A DNA stretch of 64,000 nt, taken from the NCBI RefSeq assembly GCF_036588685.1, contig NC_086376.1, positions 74,751,630 through 74,815,629 on the forward strand. Reading direction: 5' to 3'. The stretch is from Mytilus trossulus (lineage: Eukaryota). This document shows, in pieces, positions 27,201-39,600 of the stretch. How positions within the stretch are numbered: the stretch's first letter is position 1; the number at the start of each line of letters is the position of its first letter. The notes beneath the pieces were generated by a model that saw only the letters and a list, made by a program, of their open reading frames with translations, ran no database searches and was not told the DNA's origin. The translations under genes and the position numbers were made by a program.

Positions 27201-30200
27201 AGTATAAAATTAGATTCTATGCCAAAAGCAGTAGCAGCTAATGGTTCAGGACTGGTAGCAGTAGCATGTATTAACCATGTAAGTACTTCTCTATCAAATG
27301 CAGTCTTCAAAACTGAAACAAAAAGTTCAAAAGTTTTATTGATTTTCTGTATTAATATAGACAATTTTTAAATTATTTCATTTTAGCTGAATTTGAACAA
27401 TCACATAAGATATTTTTATTTTTGAATTCAAACTTTTCAACTTAAACTTCATTTCAGATCATAGTATTCAAGAATGGAACGAAGATAATATCTCAAGGAG
27501 TAAGCTTTGAGCCTGTCAGTGTAGATGTTTTAAAGGGAGGTTCAATTGTAGCAGTAGGAGCTCAAAAGGTATGAAATTAAAAAAAAGTAGATTTTGTGGT
27601 TGAACTCTTACAAGCAGTTCACCTAAGATAGTTATATCTCAAAGCTTTTGGTTTTGTACATTAATGCTGCTTTTAGGTAGATTATTTAAAACAATTTTTG
27701 GATTATTTGACAAATTGTAGTTAATATCATTTTGATATTTCAAAAACTTAATAAAAAGAACATGTCACAGGGCTATTTTCATTATACAGATTGTGCAAAA
27801 GTTTGTTTGAAGAAAATTAAGAAACATAAAGGATAGAATTATCATAAAATATGCTCTTTGAAAATAAAAATAAAATAAAAATGGGGTCAAATGTATAAAA
27901 TAATTTCTCTTTTAATTCCAGGGCAATAAAGTACATTTGTATGATGTTTCAAGTGGAGGGCTGACAGAAGTGCATGTTTTAGACAACACAGGTGTTGCAT
28001 CAGCTGTCCAATTCTCACCTGATGGGCAGTATATAGCCACAGGGGGTGCAGACAAATATGTTAGACTGTTTTCAATGGCAAATTATGAGGTAAGTGTAAG
28101 AAACAGGGGAAAACAGGGGAACATGCAAATACACAGCAAAATTTGCTCACATGAATTTCACATGAAATTCACGTGAAAAATTTCCATTGTAACCATTAAA
28201 AACTTGTCTTGACCTTAACTTTAAAAAAATCTAAATAATTTCTAATTTCTAATTATTGAATACATATGTAACTTTTGATATGAAGCTTGGAAACTTTCGT
28301 TGCAAGAATGTTCTTTTCATTTCATTGCCTTCAAGTTTTTGCTTGACTTTTATTCTATTTAATTGAAACAGGGCACAGATAAGATTAGAATCAGGAAATT
28401 ATTTTTAAATATGGCGTAATTCCACAATACCAAGTTTTAACTGGAAGATACTGTAGATTCATTTATTTTCCTGGCTACCAATTTTCTTGAATTCAGTTAA
28501 ACTAGCATTTATGGAGATTTATACATGTGAGATTCACCTCAATCGAGCTTATACATGAAAATTTTCATGTGAATATCAAATGAATCTTATGTGAAATTTT
28601 TCACATGAATTTCACGTGAAATTTACAACAAAAAATTTGAAATTTTTCAAGTTTTTAATTAAATTTGAAAATTTAGATGTTGTTTAAAATACTCTATTTA
28701 AAAAATTCATGTGAATTTCACATCAAAATAATTTACGTGATTTTCATTGAAATTCACAGAAACTCATTTCACTGAGCTTCACGTATAAGCTTGTTTGAGG
28801 TGAAATTCATGTCACATGAAATCCATGTGAGCGAAATTTGCCTGTGTACTTTCGAGTCATTATTATTTGTGGGAAACCAATTAACATGGATTTCATGGAT
28901 AGAATTGAACCACAAACTTTAATATTTGACAAATTACAACTTATTATAGTATTATATGCAGATTCTTTTAAACCAAAAAGAATTATTAAAAATCTCCATA
29001 AATGCTAGTTTAACTGAATTCAAGAAAATTGGTAGCCAGGAAAATAAATGAATCTACAGTATCTTCCAGTTAAAACTTGGTATTGTGGAATTACGCCATA
29101 TTTAAAAATAATTTCCTGATTCTAATCTTATCTGTGCCCTGTTTCAATTAAATAGAATAAAAGTCAAGCAAAAACTTGAAGGCAATGAAATGAAAAGAAC
29201 ATTCTTGCAACGAAAGTTTCCAAGCTTCATATCAAAAGTTACATATGTATTCAATAATTAGAAATTAGAAATTATTTAGATTTTTTTTAAGTTAAGGTCA
29301 AGACAAGTTTTTAATGGTTACAATGGACAGACTTAGCACTAGTAATCAGTGAATTTAAGTGATGTCTATTTTTCATTTAGTTGGCTTTATACATTACTTA
29401 TATCAATTGCTTATAAGCATTTTTTTCACTTACAATTTGTTGTTTTTATAGTTAGAATGAAAACAAAGAATATGGGGTATCCATCCATGACACAAAATCT
29501 CTTATAATTATCTATATCAAAAGATGAAATCTGTGATTTGTACCTTATAGTATCAAAGAGTGTAAAATACTGTGTCCTTGGATTGCTGTCTCATTTACAT
29601 ACATGTATATCTCCTGTTTGTAGAGTCTCTAGTTGTATCATGCATTAAAAATTCAATTCAAAAGTATTATCTTTTAAAATACATGTAATTTCAATGAATA
29701 ATATAGAATTCTGTATGATATTTTGATTTCTAAATGTGTTTAAAACGTTATGTTTCAGAATCTAATTAATTTCCCAGCACACACAGCTAAAGTTACATGT
29801 CTTGCATGGAGTCCTGACTCATCAAAGTTTGCTACTGGTAGCATAGATACTAATATTGTAATTTGGAAACCAAGTCAAGGAATGTCACCAAAAATTATTA
29901 AAGGTAGGTTAGATATATTTGTAGTGGTTAATAATAAAGTGACATAAACAATAGTCCATTTGCAAATTACCGATTTGATTCAGTTATTACACACTTTTAA
30001 AAAGAATTACTTCCCTTTGTGAATCCCTGACTGGTTCCATACCGGACAAAATTGGCTTTTGCCAATGCAAAGCATAGCAAATTGAATGTGGTGTATAGGC
30101 GGTTCAACTACTTGTTTATGAAAAACAATTTCTGATGACAAAAGAATTTAGCTTAACAAATTAATGTAATTAAAGGATTTAAAAACTTTAAAGTTTACTC

Positions 30201-31454
30201 ACACTACGCAGAGGTATTTTTGCTCTTTCTGCTAGCTTCCCATTTGAAAATAAAAATTAATGTCTTTCCTAAGGGAGACAACTAAAAAGGGAACTCTAAT
30301 TACAAGGTCAATTGATGGGAATTGTCAAATAGCCTATTGAAATCTATTTTATTGAAAATAACAATAGTTAGTTTAACAGTTCTCTTTCAACGAATTTAAA
30401 ATTCAAAAGGATGATTATGAAAATAAGGAGATTTGATATGATTGCCAATGAGACAACTATCCACACAAGGACTAACTAAGGACAAGGGGGTATGTAACTA
30501 TAGGGTCATGCTTTCGTCTTCAACCATGAGGAAAACTAATTTTTGTGTTGTCAGCTATAAAAATCTTTACATTACAAAATGTTAAATGAATCAAACAAAA
30601 TAAACCAGCAACATTATTTAAGACAAAACAATAATAAAAAAACAAATATGACCAATAGCAATCACTGACATTCACTGACATCCACTGAACAATAGCTACC
30701 AGACTTGGTACAAGCCCATCAAGAATGTGGTGGGGTTAAACATGTTTGTGAGCACTCAATCCTCTACAGTATTGTTACAGCACAATATAATAACTATGTT
30801 TGATCTTGTAAGGATGGTTTTTAAAATTAACTTATGCAATACATTTCTCTTGTGGTTATTTAATCTAAAATTGTTTAAATCATATTGATGTTAAATGTCC
30901 AAGCCGTTTTTTTCTGGACTTGAAAAACTCCTTATTACACCATAGTTTATATGCTTACACCTGTTATTTGCTAGTTAGATACAGCATTAACTATTTTAAA
31001 GATATTGAACTTACTACGTTGTTATAGGGCTCTTCACTATTAGTTCTGCCATATTGGATAGGGGGGGGCAGATTTTCATAATGGAGGTAAAAATGGTGTG
31101 AAAAATACGGGAAAACATCATTAAAATAGAGCAGTTGTTTGGAAACACAAATAAGATTTCCCATACTTTCATACTATTTCCACCTCTTTCTAAAAAATCT
31201 GCCCCCTATCCAATATGGCCGAACTAACCGTGAAGAGCCCTATTACATTACCAGTTGAAGATGTTTTTTATTGATCACAGATAACACAGTATATTCTGAA
31301 TGATTTTATGTACTTGTTGATTCCCAAATGATATATATTTGTATTTTCAGGAGCCCATCAAATGAGTGTAGTAAACAAATTAGTTTGGTTAAATGACAAA
31401 GTGCTAGTATCAGCAGGTCAAGATAGCAATGTGAAACAGTGGGATAATGCATAA
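18298..31454 (+). CDS. WDR1: WD repeat-containing protein 1 / actin-interacting protein 1 (AIP1), 599 aa
   Basis: 16 exons join in frame (1800 nt): 18298-18316, 20619-20740, 21549-21639, 22398-22545, 23143-23323, 23893-23970, 24418-24495, 24955-25046, 25203-25344, 25958-26039, 26567-26720, 27194-27278, 27458-27568, 27922-28089, 29759-29903, 31351-31454. Diagnostic peptides [57 protein letters not shown] at 31528. Confidence 0.97.
20095..20341. mobile_element. PIF/Harbinger-type MITE
   Basis: TIRs GGCCAAATAAAA / TTTTATGTTGCC flanked by TTA on both sides. Confidence 0.65.
21321..21524. mobile_element. TA-flanked MITE (CTGTAAATT...AATTTACAG)
   Basis: TIR CTGTAAATTAAGAAATTATTGCG / CGCAATAATTTCTGAATTTACAG; TA on both sides. 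Confidence 0.85.
26040..26566 (+). other. U12-type AT-AC intron of WDR1
   Basis: 5' splice site ATATCCTT at 26040, branch site TTCCTTAAC at 26549-26557, AC at 26565-26566. Splicing restores [21 protein letters not shown]. Confidence 0.95.
26895..27098. mobile_element. About 200-bp TA-flanked MITE, family CTGTGGATTCAT...ATGAATCCACAG
   Basis: Other copies at 28849-29059, about 31764-31969, 31972-32222 and 34823-35020; partial copies at about 52118-52230, 53267-53415 and 54165-54243. Confidence 0.85.
28132..28846. mobile_element. TA-flanked MITE with CACAG...CTGTG ends and internal TTCACATGAA repeats, containing captured flanking DNA
   Basis: TIRs CACAGCAAAATTTGCTCACATGAATTTCA / TGAAATCCATGTGAGCGAAATTTGCCTGTG; TA at 28130-31 and 28847-48. 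Confidence 0.8.
28183..29327. repeat. 338-bp near-perfect inverted repeat (28183-28520 vs 28990-29327)
   Basis: The arms are reverse complements; one mismatch noticed at an A/T run; spacer 469 bp. Confidence 0.93.
31026..31241. mobile_element. MITE with about 50-bp TIRs (AGGGCTCTTCAC...GTGAAGAGCCCT)
   Basis: Long imperfect TIRs including GCCATATTGGATAGGGGG / CCCCCTATCCAATATGGC; TSD is AT or TA (ambiguous). Confidence 0.8.
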
Positions 31455-34400
31455 ACCAAAAGACATTTGGTGTATCATGTGATTTGGTGCAGGAACTACA
31501 TTTGTATCATGTGATAGTCATGTGACCAATAAATCTTATGTTGATACTTAACATACTTCAGCTGAGGATTGTTGGTACAGCCATTCCCTAGATACTTTTT
31601 AAATAATATTTATAGTCATTCTTTTCAGTATCAGAAAATCAATAATGATACTCTTTTGTACTTTTAGTATCCAAATTACACAAAGGAATTTTTATAGCAC
31701 ACAGATGATACATACTGTTTTACACCCAAAAAAAAGTAAACAGTAGATCTCTAGATTAAATATTACTATTCATTATTATTCGTTGGATACCAATTTTCGT
31801 GGATTTCGTGGGAACAGACGCACCATAAAATTAAATGTTCAACGAATACCAAATTTTCTATAGGCTTGTATGCAGATTTCTCCAAAACCACGAAATTAAA
31901 TATCCACAAACATATAAGTTTTCCTCAATCCACGAAAATTGGTATCCACGAAAATAAATGATTCCACAGTACTGTAAATTCATATATTACATTGGTGTAC
32001 TAGTTTTTCATGGAATTTTGGGGTTAAGGTGAACAATGATTTTGAGTACTGGTACTCAGTATAAAACTGTTTTTTTTAGGCTTGTATATAGAATTTATTC
32101 TAACCACAAAATCAAAACTCCTGAAAAAATACTAGTTTCCCCCAGGCTTTCCCCTCAATGGAAGTCTATTTCCCCTCAATGGACAATAAAATTATACCAC
32201 TGAAAAATAAATGAATCCACAGCAGAAAATCAGAAAATGAATTTTGACCTCTTTTTGTAACTATATGTATAGACATAATTAATATAGAAATTTTCATAAA
32301 AACATAATCTTCATTGTTCTGTTTGGCAGTGATTATATGTGTAAAAAAATAACTAAAATTGCACAAAAAGCTTTTGTGGCAGTGATTAAGGTGTGTAAAT
32401 AGCTAAAGTTGCACTTCTAGATTTAATAACAGCATAGTTTCACAATCATACACACAATGACTATCAGTTTGAATCTTTTCCAAGGTAATTGATGTACCAA
32501 TATCTAATACAGATGGCTAAGGTGCAATTTATTAATCATGACAAACAATTTACATTTCTTGTTATTCATATAAATCTTACTTTGTACTTAAAAGTATGTT
32601 TTAATTGTAATAAAACAATAGATTATATTTTTTTGTTTTCATGGAATGTATGAGTGATCAACGAGGACAAAATTGTATGCACTTATGAAAAAAAGCATTT
32701 GCTGTTCACACATGTATTGAGTTAAATATCTAGGAAATCCAAGGAGTTTAAAAATGTAGCATACCATATCTGAATGGGTCTTTTCAAGTAAAAAAGCACA
32801 TATATATGATTTTATATTTATAATACATAGAATTCCTGTAAAGAGTATAAAACCACAGATATTTGTAATAATCAGGTTCTCTGGAATAAATATGAGTGAT
32901 CGAACAACAAATTATTCTATGAATAAACATACTGCTTGAATAAAAATTCAGAATCGGCAAAAATAAATTGCATAGCACAAAGGCCTAGAATAAATGTTTT
33001 CTGCTATAGTTGTTATCTGATATTGTTTACCTTTGTTATTTGTGTAACCATAGTTACAGCAATATTATTTTTGTTGCCTACCATTGTTTTTTAATTGTAT
33101 TAGCTAAACACTATTATTTGTATTTTCGTTTGATCTTCAAACTTTATTTCTTTGAACTTGATATGATAAAAAATATAGAAAAATCAAACACAAGGTGACC
33201 TAGATATAAGATTAACAACAGTCAAAAGATGGAAAATAAAATAATATTACTGGTAACAGTGCAATGATATTTTGTGTTACTAATCAAGTGATTAAAATGT
33301 CAAGTTAATTTGTATTTATTTACTTATTAAGGTAAAAAAAGAAGTCAATACATACAATTTGAAATTACAAAAAAGAAAATGAAGTACAGTTGTGTGAAAA
33401 TATGAAGAAACTTTTGAGTCTGTGAAAGTTCATAAAATATTGGAGAATTTAAGAACATGTATATAGCTTCATGTGACATGTCGAATAATATGAGGTAAAT
33501 TGATGCATTGTTATCCTAAATTCTTTAATGTAAATGTCATATCTTTTGTTATTTTTATTATTTTCATTATTGTGTTAATTTCTACCATGTGATTTTTTTA
33601 AGAACAAACTATGCAACTTATTTTTGGAAGGTTAAGCTTTTTGGTATATAGATTTGCTGCCATGGTCTGAATGTATGCATGTATTATCTTTCTTTTATTA
33701 TAGAAAAAAGAAAATAAATATATTTATATAACTTTGCAGTGTTACTTTAATGACATAATATATGACTGTATTTATACAATGGAGTTGTGAAAAAAAATCT
33801 GTAATTGCTATTTTCTCAAGTTTTCCTTTTATTTTTTTCAACCTGTGGCCAAGCCTGAAGTCTGATAAATAGAGAATTCATGGATACACCTAACTTTTTA
33901 GAATTTCACTTTAAGCATATCAATGTACAAGTTATCACTTTTCAAAAAGAATTGACTGTTCATCAATAGATTGTTATTTTAATTAGTCAAGAAGCCAGGA
34001 GATGAAAACATATAAAAATAATGAGGTGTGTTATGACTATCCATTAAAGACCAAAGGACAAACATATGAACAAAAGTCTAAACATTGAACTGTCATGAAT
34101 TGAAAACACATAAACAACATTGAAAAAAACCCAATATGTTGAGATATCAAGACAAATCATAAAATACAAAATCAAATGAAGAAGTAAAAAACCTGTAATA
34201 TTAAACCTTGCTACCACAGCTGAGGTTTTCCTTAGTGATTACCTCCCTTGGACCATTGAAAAGTTAAATAAATTAATACTTGGTATGATTTTGACTTTTC
34301 CAAATCAAATCGCTCAGAAAAGGATGGAATCACAGATATGTTATTGTTTAATAATTCTTGAGGACACCAATTTCATATTTCACTTGTAAAGAGTTGGCAT

Positions 34401-34822
34401 ATCAACCTCAGTGTTCAATTAATTCTTTTCTAGATACAAAAATGAAACTTTATTTTACAAAATCAAATACAAACAGTTTTCTCTTTTGAGTGTTTCCAAA
34501 ATATATATATTCCAACAAAGCATTTCAACTTTTGGAAAAATGAAATAATTTAATTTTGTGATGGTTTACAGTATAGGTTCGACTTGCAGGCACTTTTCAT
34601 AGATTAAAAAAAAACATGACAAGATCCTGTGGTTTGACTCATTGTTGAAGATGCTGCTCTGACCTATAGTTGTTTATATACTTGCCTTTTGGATATATAG
34701 TTGTCTCATTTGCATCAGGCATCATTGTAATATTAAACCAGAGTTAAGTGGCTTTTTTAAATCCAATTCTATGCTTCCTTTCTTTCGTTATATTTCTTGA
34801 TCAAATTGGGAGGTGTTGAATA

Positions 34823-35020
34823 CTGTGGATTCATTTATTTTCGTTGGTACCAATTTTCGTGGATTACGGAAAACGTGCATGTTCATGGATATCAAATTTC
34901 GTGGTTTTGCTGAAGTCTGCATATAAGCCTATAGAAATTTTTTATTCGTTGAACATTTAATTTTGTGGTTCACTTGTAACCACGAAAATTGGTATCCAAT
35001 GAATAATAATGAATCCACAG
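34823..35020. mobile_element. Well-preserved copy of the CTGTGGATTCAT MITE
   Basis: TA-CTGTGGATTCATT ... AATGAATCCACAG-TA. Confidence 0.9.
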
Positions 35021-36129
35021 TACTAGAACAACACCTGAGATTAACTCCACCACATGCAACAAATTACTTCCTTAGATGAAAATTCAGATGGATTCAAAGA
35101 ACAATTGTTGTTATAACTGATATGGTAGGTATGAATCTTGGTTGAAATATGTACTACATATTGTATTACTTGAAAAATCGTAAAGATAAAAGATATCAAA
35201 GGGACATTCAAGCTTATAAGTTGCAAAAATAAATAGACAAGACCATGACAAAAACTAAATATGACCAAAAGACACAAAATACAAAATAGAAAAAAAATGA
35301 AAGGATAAGCAACAGGAACCCCACAAAAAACTGGGGTGATCTCATGCTCTGGAAGGGTAAGCAAATTCTGCTCAACATTTAGCACCCTTTGTGATGCTCA
35401 TGTAATTACAAAAGCAATGATAAGTCTAATTCCATAGGTCACATTTGAGGAAAAGAGGATTGGGATAGTGGTTATCAAGTAAAAAGTCATGATTTTAAAT
35501 GCAAACTCTAGAATATAGTATAAACTTGGAGATATTATACACTCCATATGCAGGTATTGCTTGTATGTTGAAAAATTTAATTGGAAAGTTCATAATCACA
35601 ATTGGGAAGCTGAAATCATCTATTGCCTATTGTCATAAAGTTTTGTTCTCAACTGACTGTGACACTCATAGTCATTGTCAACTTTTAGATGATGCCTTTG
35701 TCTATTAAAATGTCTATTTATTTTCAAGTTAGATGAGATGAAGATGTGTTCAACATAGTAAAAAAAATGAATAAGGGTTAAGTTTCTTTTGTAAAAAAAA
35801 TGTGATCCCCAATTTGATGACAGAAAAAAATCTGAATGCTAACCCTTCCATACGTGGTAGGTCTTTTCACAACAGAACACCACTGCGAACTGCCGAACAC
35901 CACCGAACACCCCAAAAGTTTACATGTTTACAGTTTCCACACATTATACCTTATATAGTGTTTAATGTTTGAAAAATAAATCTGGTTGATAGCATTGAAA
36001 AACTATTGAATTTGTTCACTCTATTGTATGTTTTGTTTGTTATTCTTTTTTTTGAAAAGGGAAAGATTTATCTGTAAGGAACGATGTATAATTTAAGAGT
36101 GTTTATTTTCAATTTCAATCTTTTTCTAG

Positions 36130-36400
36130 ATATAGGCCCCTAATCCGGAAAAATATCACCTACCAACCGTTATCGACTTTGGATTTTCTGATGCATTCTG
36201 GGAGGCCAACCTGTTAGGTCATATTTTACATCTTTAGGGAGTGCCTTTGACAAAAGAATCACTATAATCAACTTTTTTGTTCTATCCTTAGTTGAAACTA
36301 AACCAGATATACCACTACCCGATCCTTGCAATGCTTAAACTGCACTTACGATACACCCCCTAATTTACATATCGCACAAACATGGCGGACCTTGATCTGT
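36130..36400 (+). promoter_or_regulatory. Putative TBC1D12/14 promoter / TSS region
   Basis: Local CpG retention and a YY1-type AAACATGGCGG at 36378-36388, about 300 bp upstream of the coding ATG. Confidence 0.4.
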
Positions 36401-36677
36401 CAAAAATGGGAGGAACAACAAAAACATCTGAATATAACAACAAAACATGGACTTATGAAACAAAATCAAGTGTCACAGTCTCTGTTTATACATCATTTAT
36501 TTAAGTGTGAGTTTAAATAAGATAGTTTGGCTCTACTCTGCCTCAAGTTATATGGCTTCTAAAGCATACCCGACAACAATAAATTTTTGAAGGAAAGAGG
36601 AATGTTTATTTTAGCGTGATGTTCTTTGAGCAAACCACAAAAAACTATGAATAACCTTTGTAAAACGTTTTATTATA

Positions 36678-39600
36678 ATGGGAATTTTCCAAAATTCTTT
36701 TGACCATCTCGAAAATAGAGAAAAAATGCGCATTGGAATGTCTGAGAACACAGATTCAACATCTAGTTTTCATTTAGTTAATTCAAAAGTAGATATGGGG
36801 CCAACTGATTCAGTGTCATTTGTGAATCCAAATCCAAACAAACTAATTCACAAGGAGGTTGAAAAAGGGAAATTCAGTTTATCTCTCCGTAATGACTATG
36901 AAAGAGATCTTTTAATAAAACGCTTGGATGAAAGTGCCGACATTTCCAGTGGTGATGACAGTTCTCCTTCCAAAAGTCTATGTCCAGCAGATGCTCAAAA
37001 CATAGATGATTCACAGGGGTCATTTGATAAAATGGAGATTTATAATGACGATGAAAAAGAAGCATATGATAATACTGACGATTGTGACAGTGATGGGAAA
37101 GAAGCAAAGTCCACTTTGAAACCTGTTGATTCAGGATTGATTATTTCACCAATTAGATTAACAGAGGATATGCCTATCAATATCAATGATGATGAAACAA
37201 AATTTTCCTCAGTGACTAGTAATATGCAGCAAAAATTGGTATATATTCCAACAACAAAACAACTTGTAGCAGAAAGCTCAAGTCATGCAAATTATTCTAA
37301 TACTCATGATCAAAATGCACAAAATACAAATAGACCTGACCAGTTGAATGAAAAAGATAGCAATGATTTAAGTTCTTCAACAGAAACAATTTTGAATGAA
37401 AATGGTGGTGTTAAATTCAGTATACAAGTGAATGACACGTCTAGTCTTGGTGGTGAAAGTGATTCCCTTTTGTATCTTAGTTTAAGCAAGAATAAAGACA
37501 ATGATCAATTATCGTTGAATAATTCTGAAAATGATACATGCATGCCCCGTATAAATACTGGAGATTCTTTACTTCGGACATTCAATGATACTACAAGTCT
37601 TTCTAGTCTTAGTACATGTACAGATTTTTCAATATCAGCAGCATCTATGGACGAAGGTTGTGATGGAACTGGACTTTGTATAGATACTGGGGATGGAGAA
37701 TTTATGGAGATTAGTTTACATTCCAGAAATTCTTTTGAAAGAAAAAAGAACCCATCTCAGGATAGTGGGTTTGAAGACAGAGGTTCTAAATCTAAAAAGA
37801 AAGGATTGTCTGTGTCAGATTTTTTAACCAGGTATGGTTATTTTTCATCAATATCTATGTACATTAAATGTTAGTTTTCTTCTCAATTAGCAGTAATAAA
37901 AAGAAATATTTTATATGAATCAAATTTAAAGTAGATACAATTTCAAAACTTTTGGATATAAGTCCATGAGCAACATCCAAATAAGTCTCAAAATTCTAAT
38001 GGTCAATATATGATTTTCAACAATAGACAAATTGTCTTAACAACATTAACAACATGCTTTTCTCTGAATCGTCTCTATTCTTGAAAAATTATCAATAAAA
38101 ATATTAAAAAAAAACTTTACCTAAGCTGGTTCATAGGTTGACTTGTGTTCAGTATGTAAACACATGCAGCTGTGTCTGATCTGATGTAGGACATTAAATG
38201 TGAAGCTGTGTAGAGAGGGAGACCCTTTTCAGTTCAGTATTAACTATTCATGTACATGTAGACATACATGTACATGTACATTTATTTTCTGATCATGCCA
38301 TTTGCTGTCATTTTCTCGCCTTCATTCTGTTTTGAACTACATTTTTTCCGCACATTGCAAATATACACAAATGTTGTACATTGCATTAATTGTTATTTTT
38401 CTCTTCATGAATACTAAGTAAATATATGTGTCTTGAATATTGGCCCACTGGACATTGAAGTTGAACTGTACAAAGCTTTTAAGAAACAGTATGTGTATCT
38501 TAACCTGCATGTTCATGTACAATGTATATGTATCAGACAATACATGTACATGTGCACAACCATTGAATGAATAAATGTAAACTTCAATCTTGGTCCTGTA
38601 CATGTACAAATGTACATCATGTACATGTACATGTGTATTTGCAAACTGTTCCTGCTTTAATTAAAGCAATATGAATGATGTACAGGTACATTTCATATAC
38701 ATGTACATGTAATCATGAAGAAATTGCTAACATGAATGTTGCTTAGAAATTATATATAACCCCCTTCCCTCCTTAGATTTTATAATTAAAACCAGTTATT
38801 AGACTTGCACAGGTCATCCTTATGGTAAGAGCTTGTTCTCAATTTGTTTAAACAATTCACATTTGATGATACAAATGTATGAATGACAAGATGTGCACAG
38901 AACAGGTTTAATACATTTTAGGTATGGTATTTTACATCAATACAATGATCATTTTAATAAATGCCTTTTGTCATGTTTGTAAAAGTACGGTTAACCTGTA
39001 TATTTTCTCTTAGTTTGCAAATGTACATGTATAGGTATGGTACATGAAATAAAATTCAATACATGTAATAGCAGGTCAGTTTAAAAAGGTTTGCAGTATA
39101 TTGTGTACAAGCCCTGTTAAATTTACACACACACACTTTATAAGGAAGGAAATCTTGTAGTTATATCCTGTTCTAAAAACACTTGTTTAAAGTTGTGTAA
39201 GATTATAAATTATATTTTAATAATGTCATGAATGTTCAGCAGAAGGATCCTTTTATAATCTGTTTCTCAAATATATCTTTGTTAAATTTATAAGTCAATA
39301 TGGATTCAGAGAAAGTGAGGAAGGTAATAGGTTGAGGTAAATATTATTTTAAGATTTTTTTCTTCAGAGTTTTTAATTTTTTTGTTTGTCATCATTTATC
39401 ATACCTCCCCTTTTTTTGATGATCAATACATTTGAATGGGTACATGTACATATATATAGTTGGAACTCCCCTATATCCTGGGTTGGAAACCCCCATTTTA
39501 AGAATGACTGGATCTGTCTCTGGCTTTTGGTGACATATATTTGCTTATATTTACAGCATTTTGTCTCTCCAATTAAACCACATCTCATTATTTTATAATG

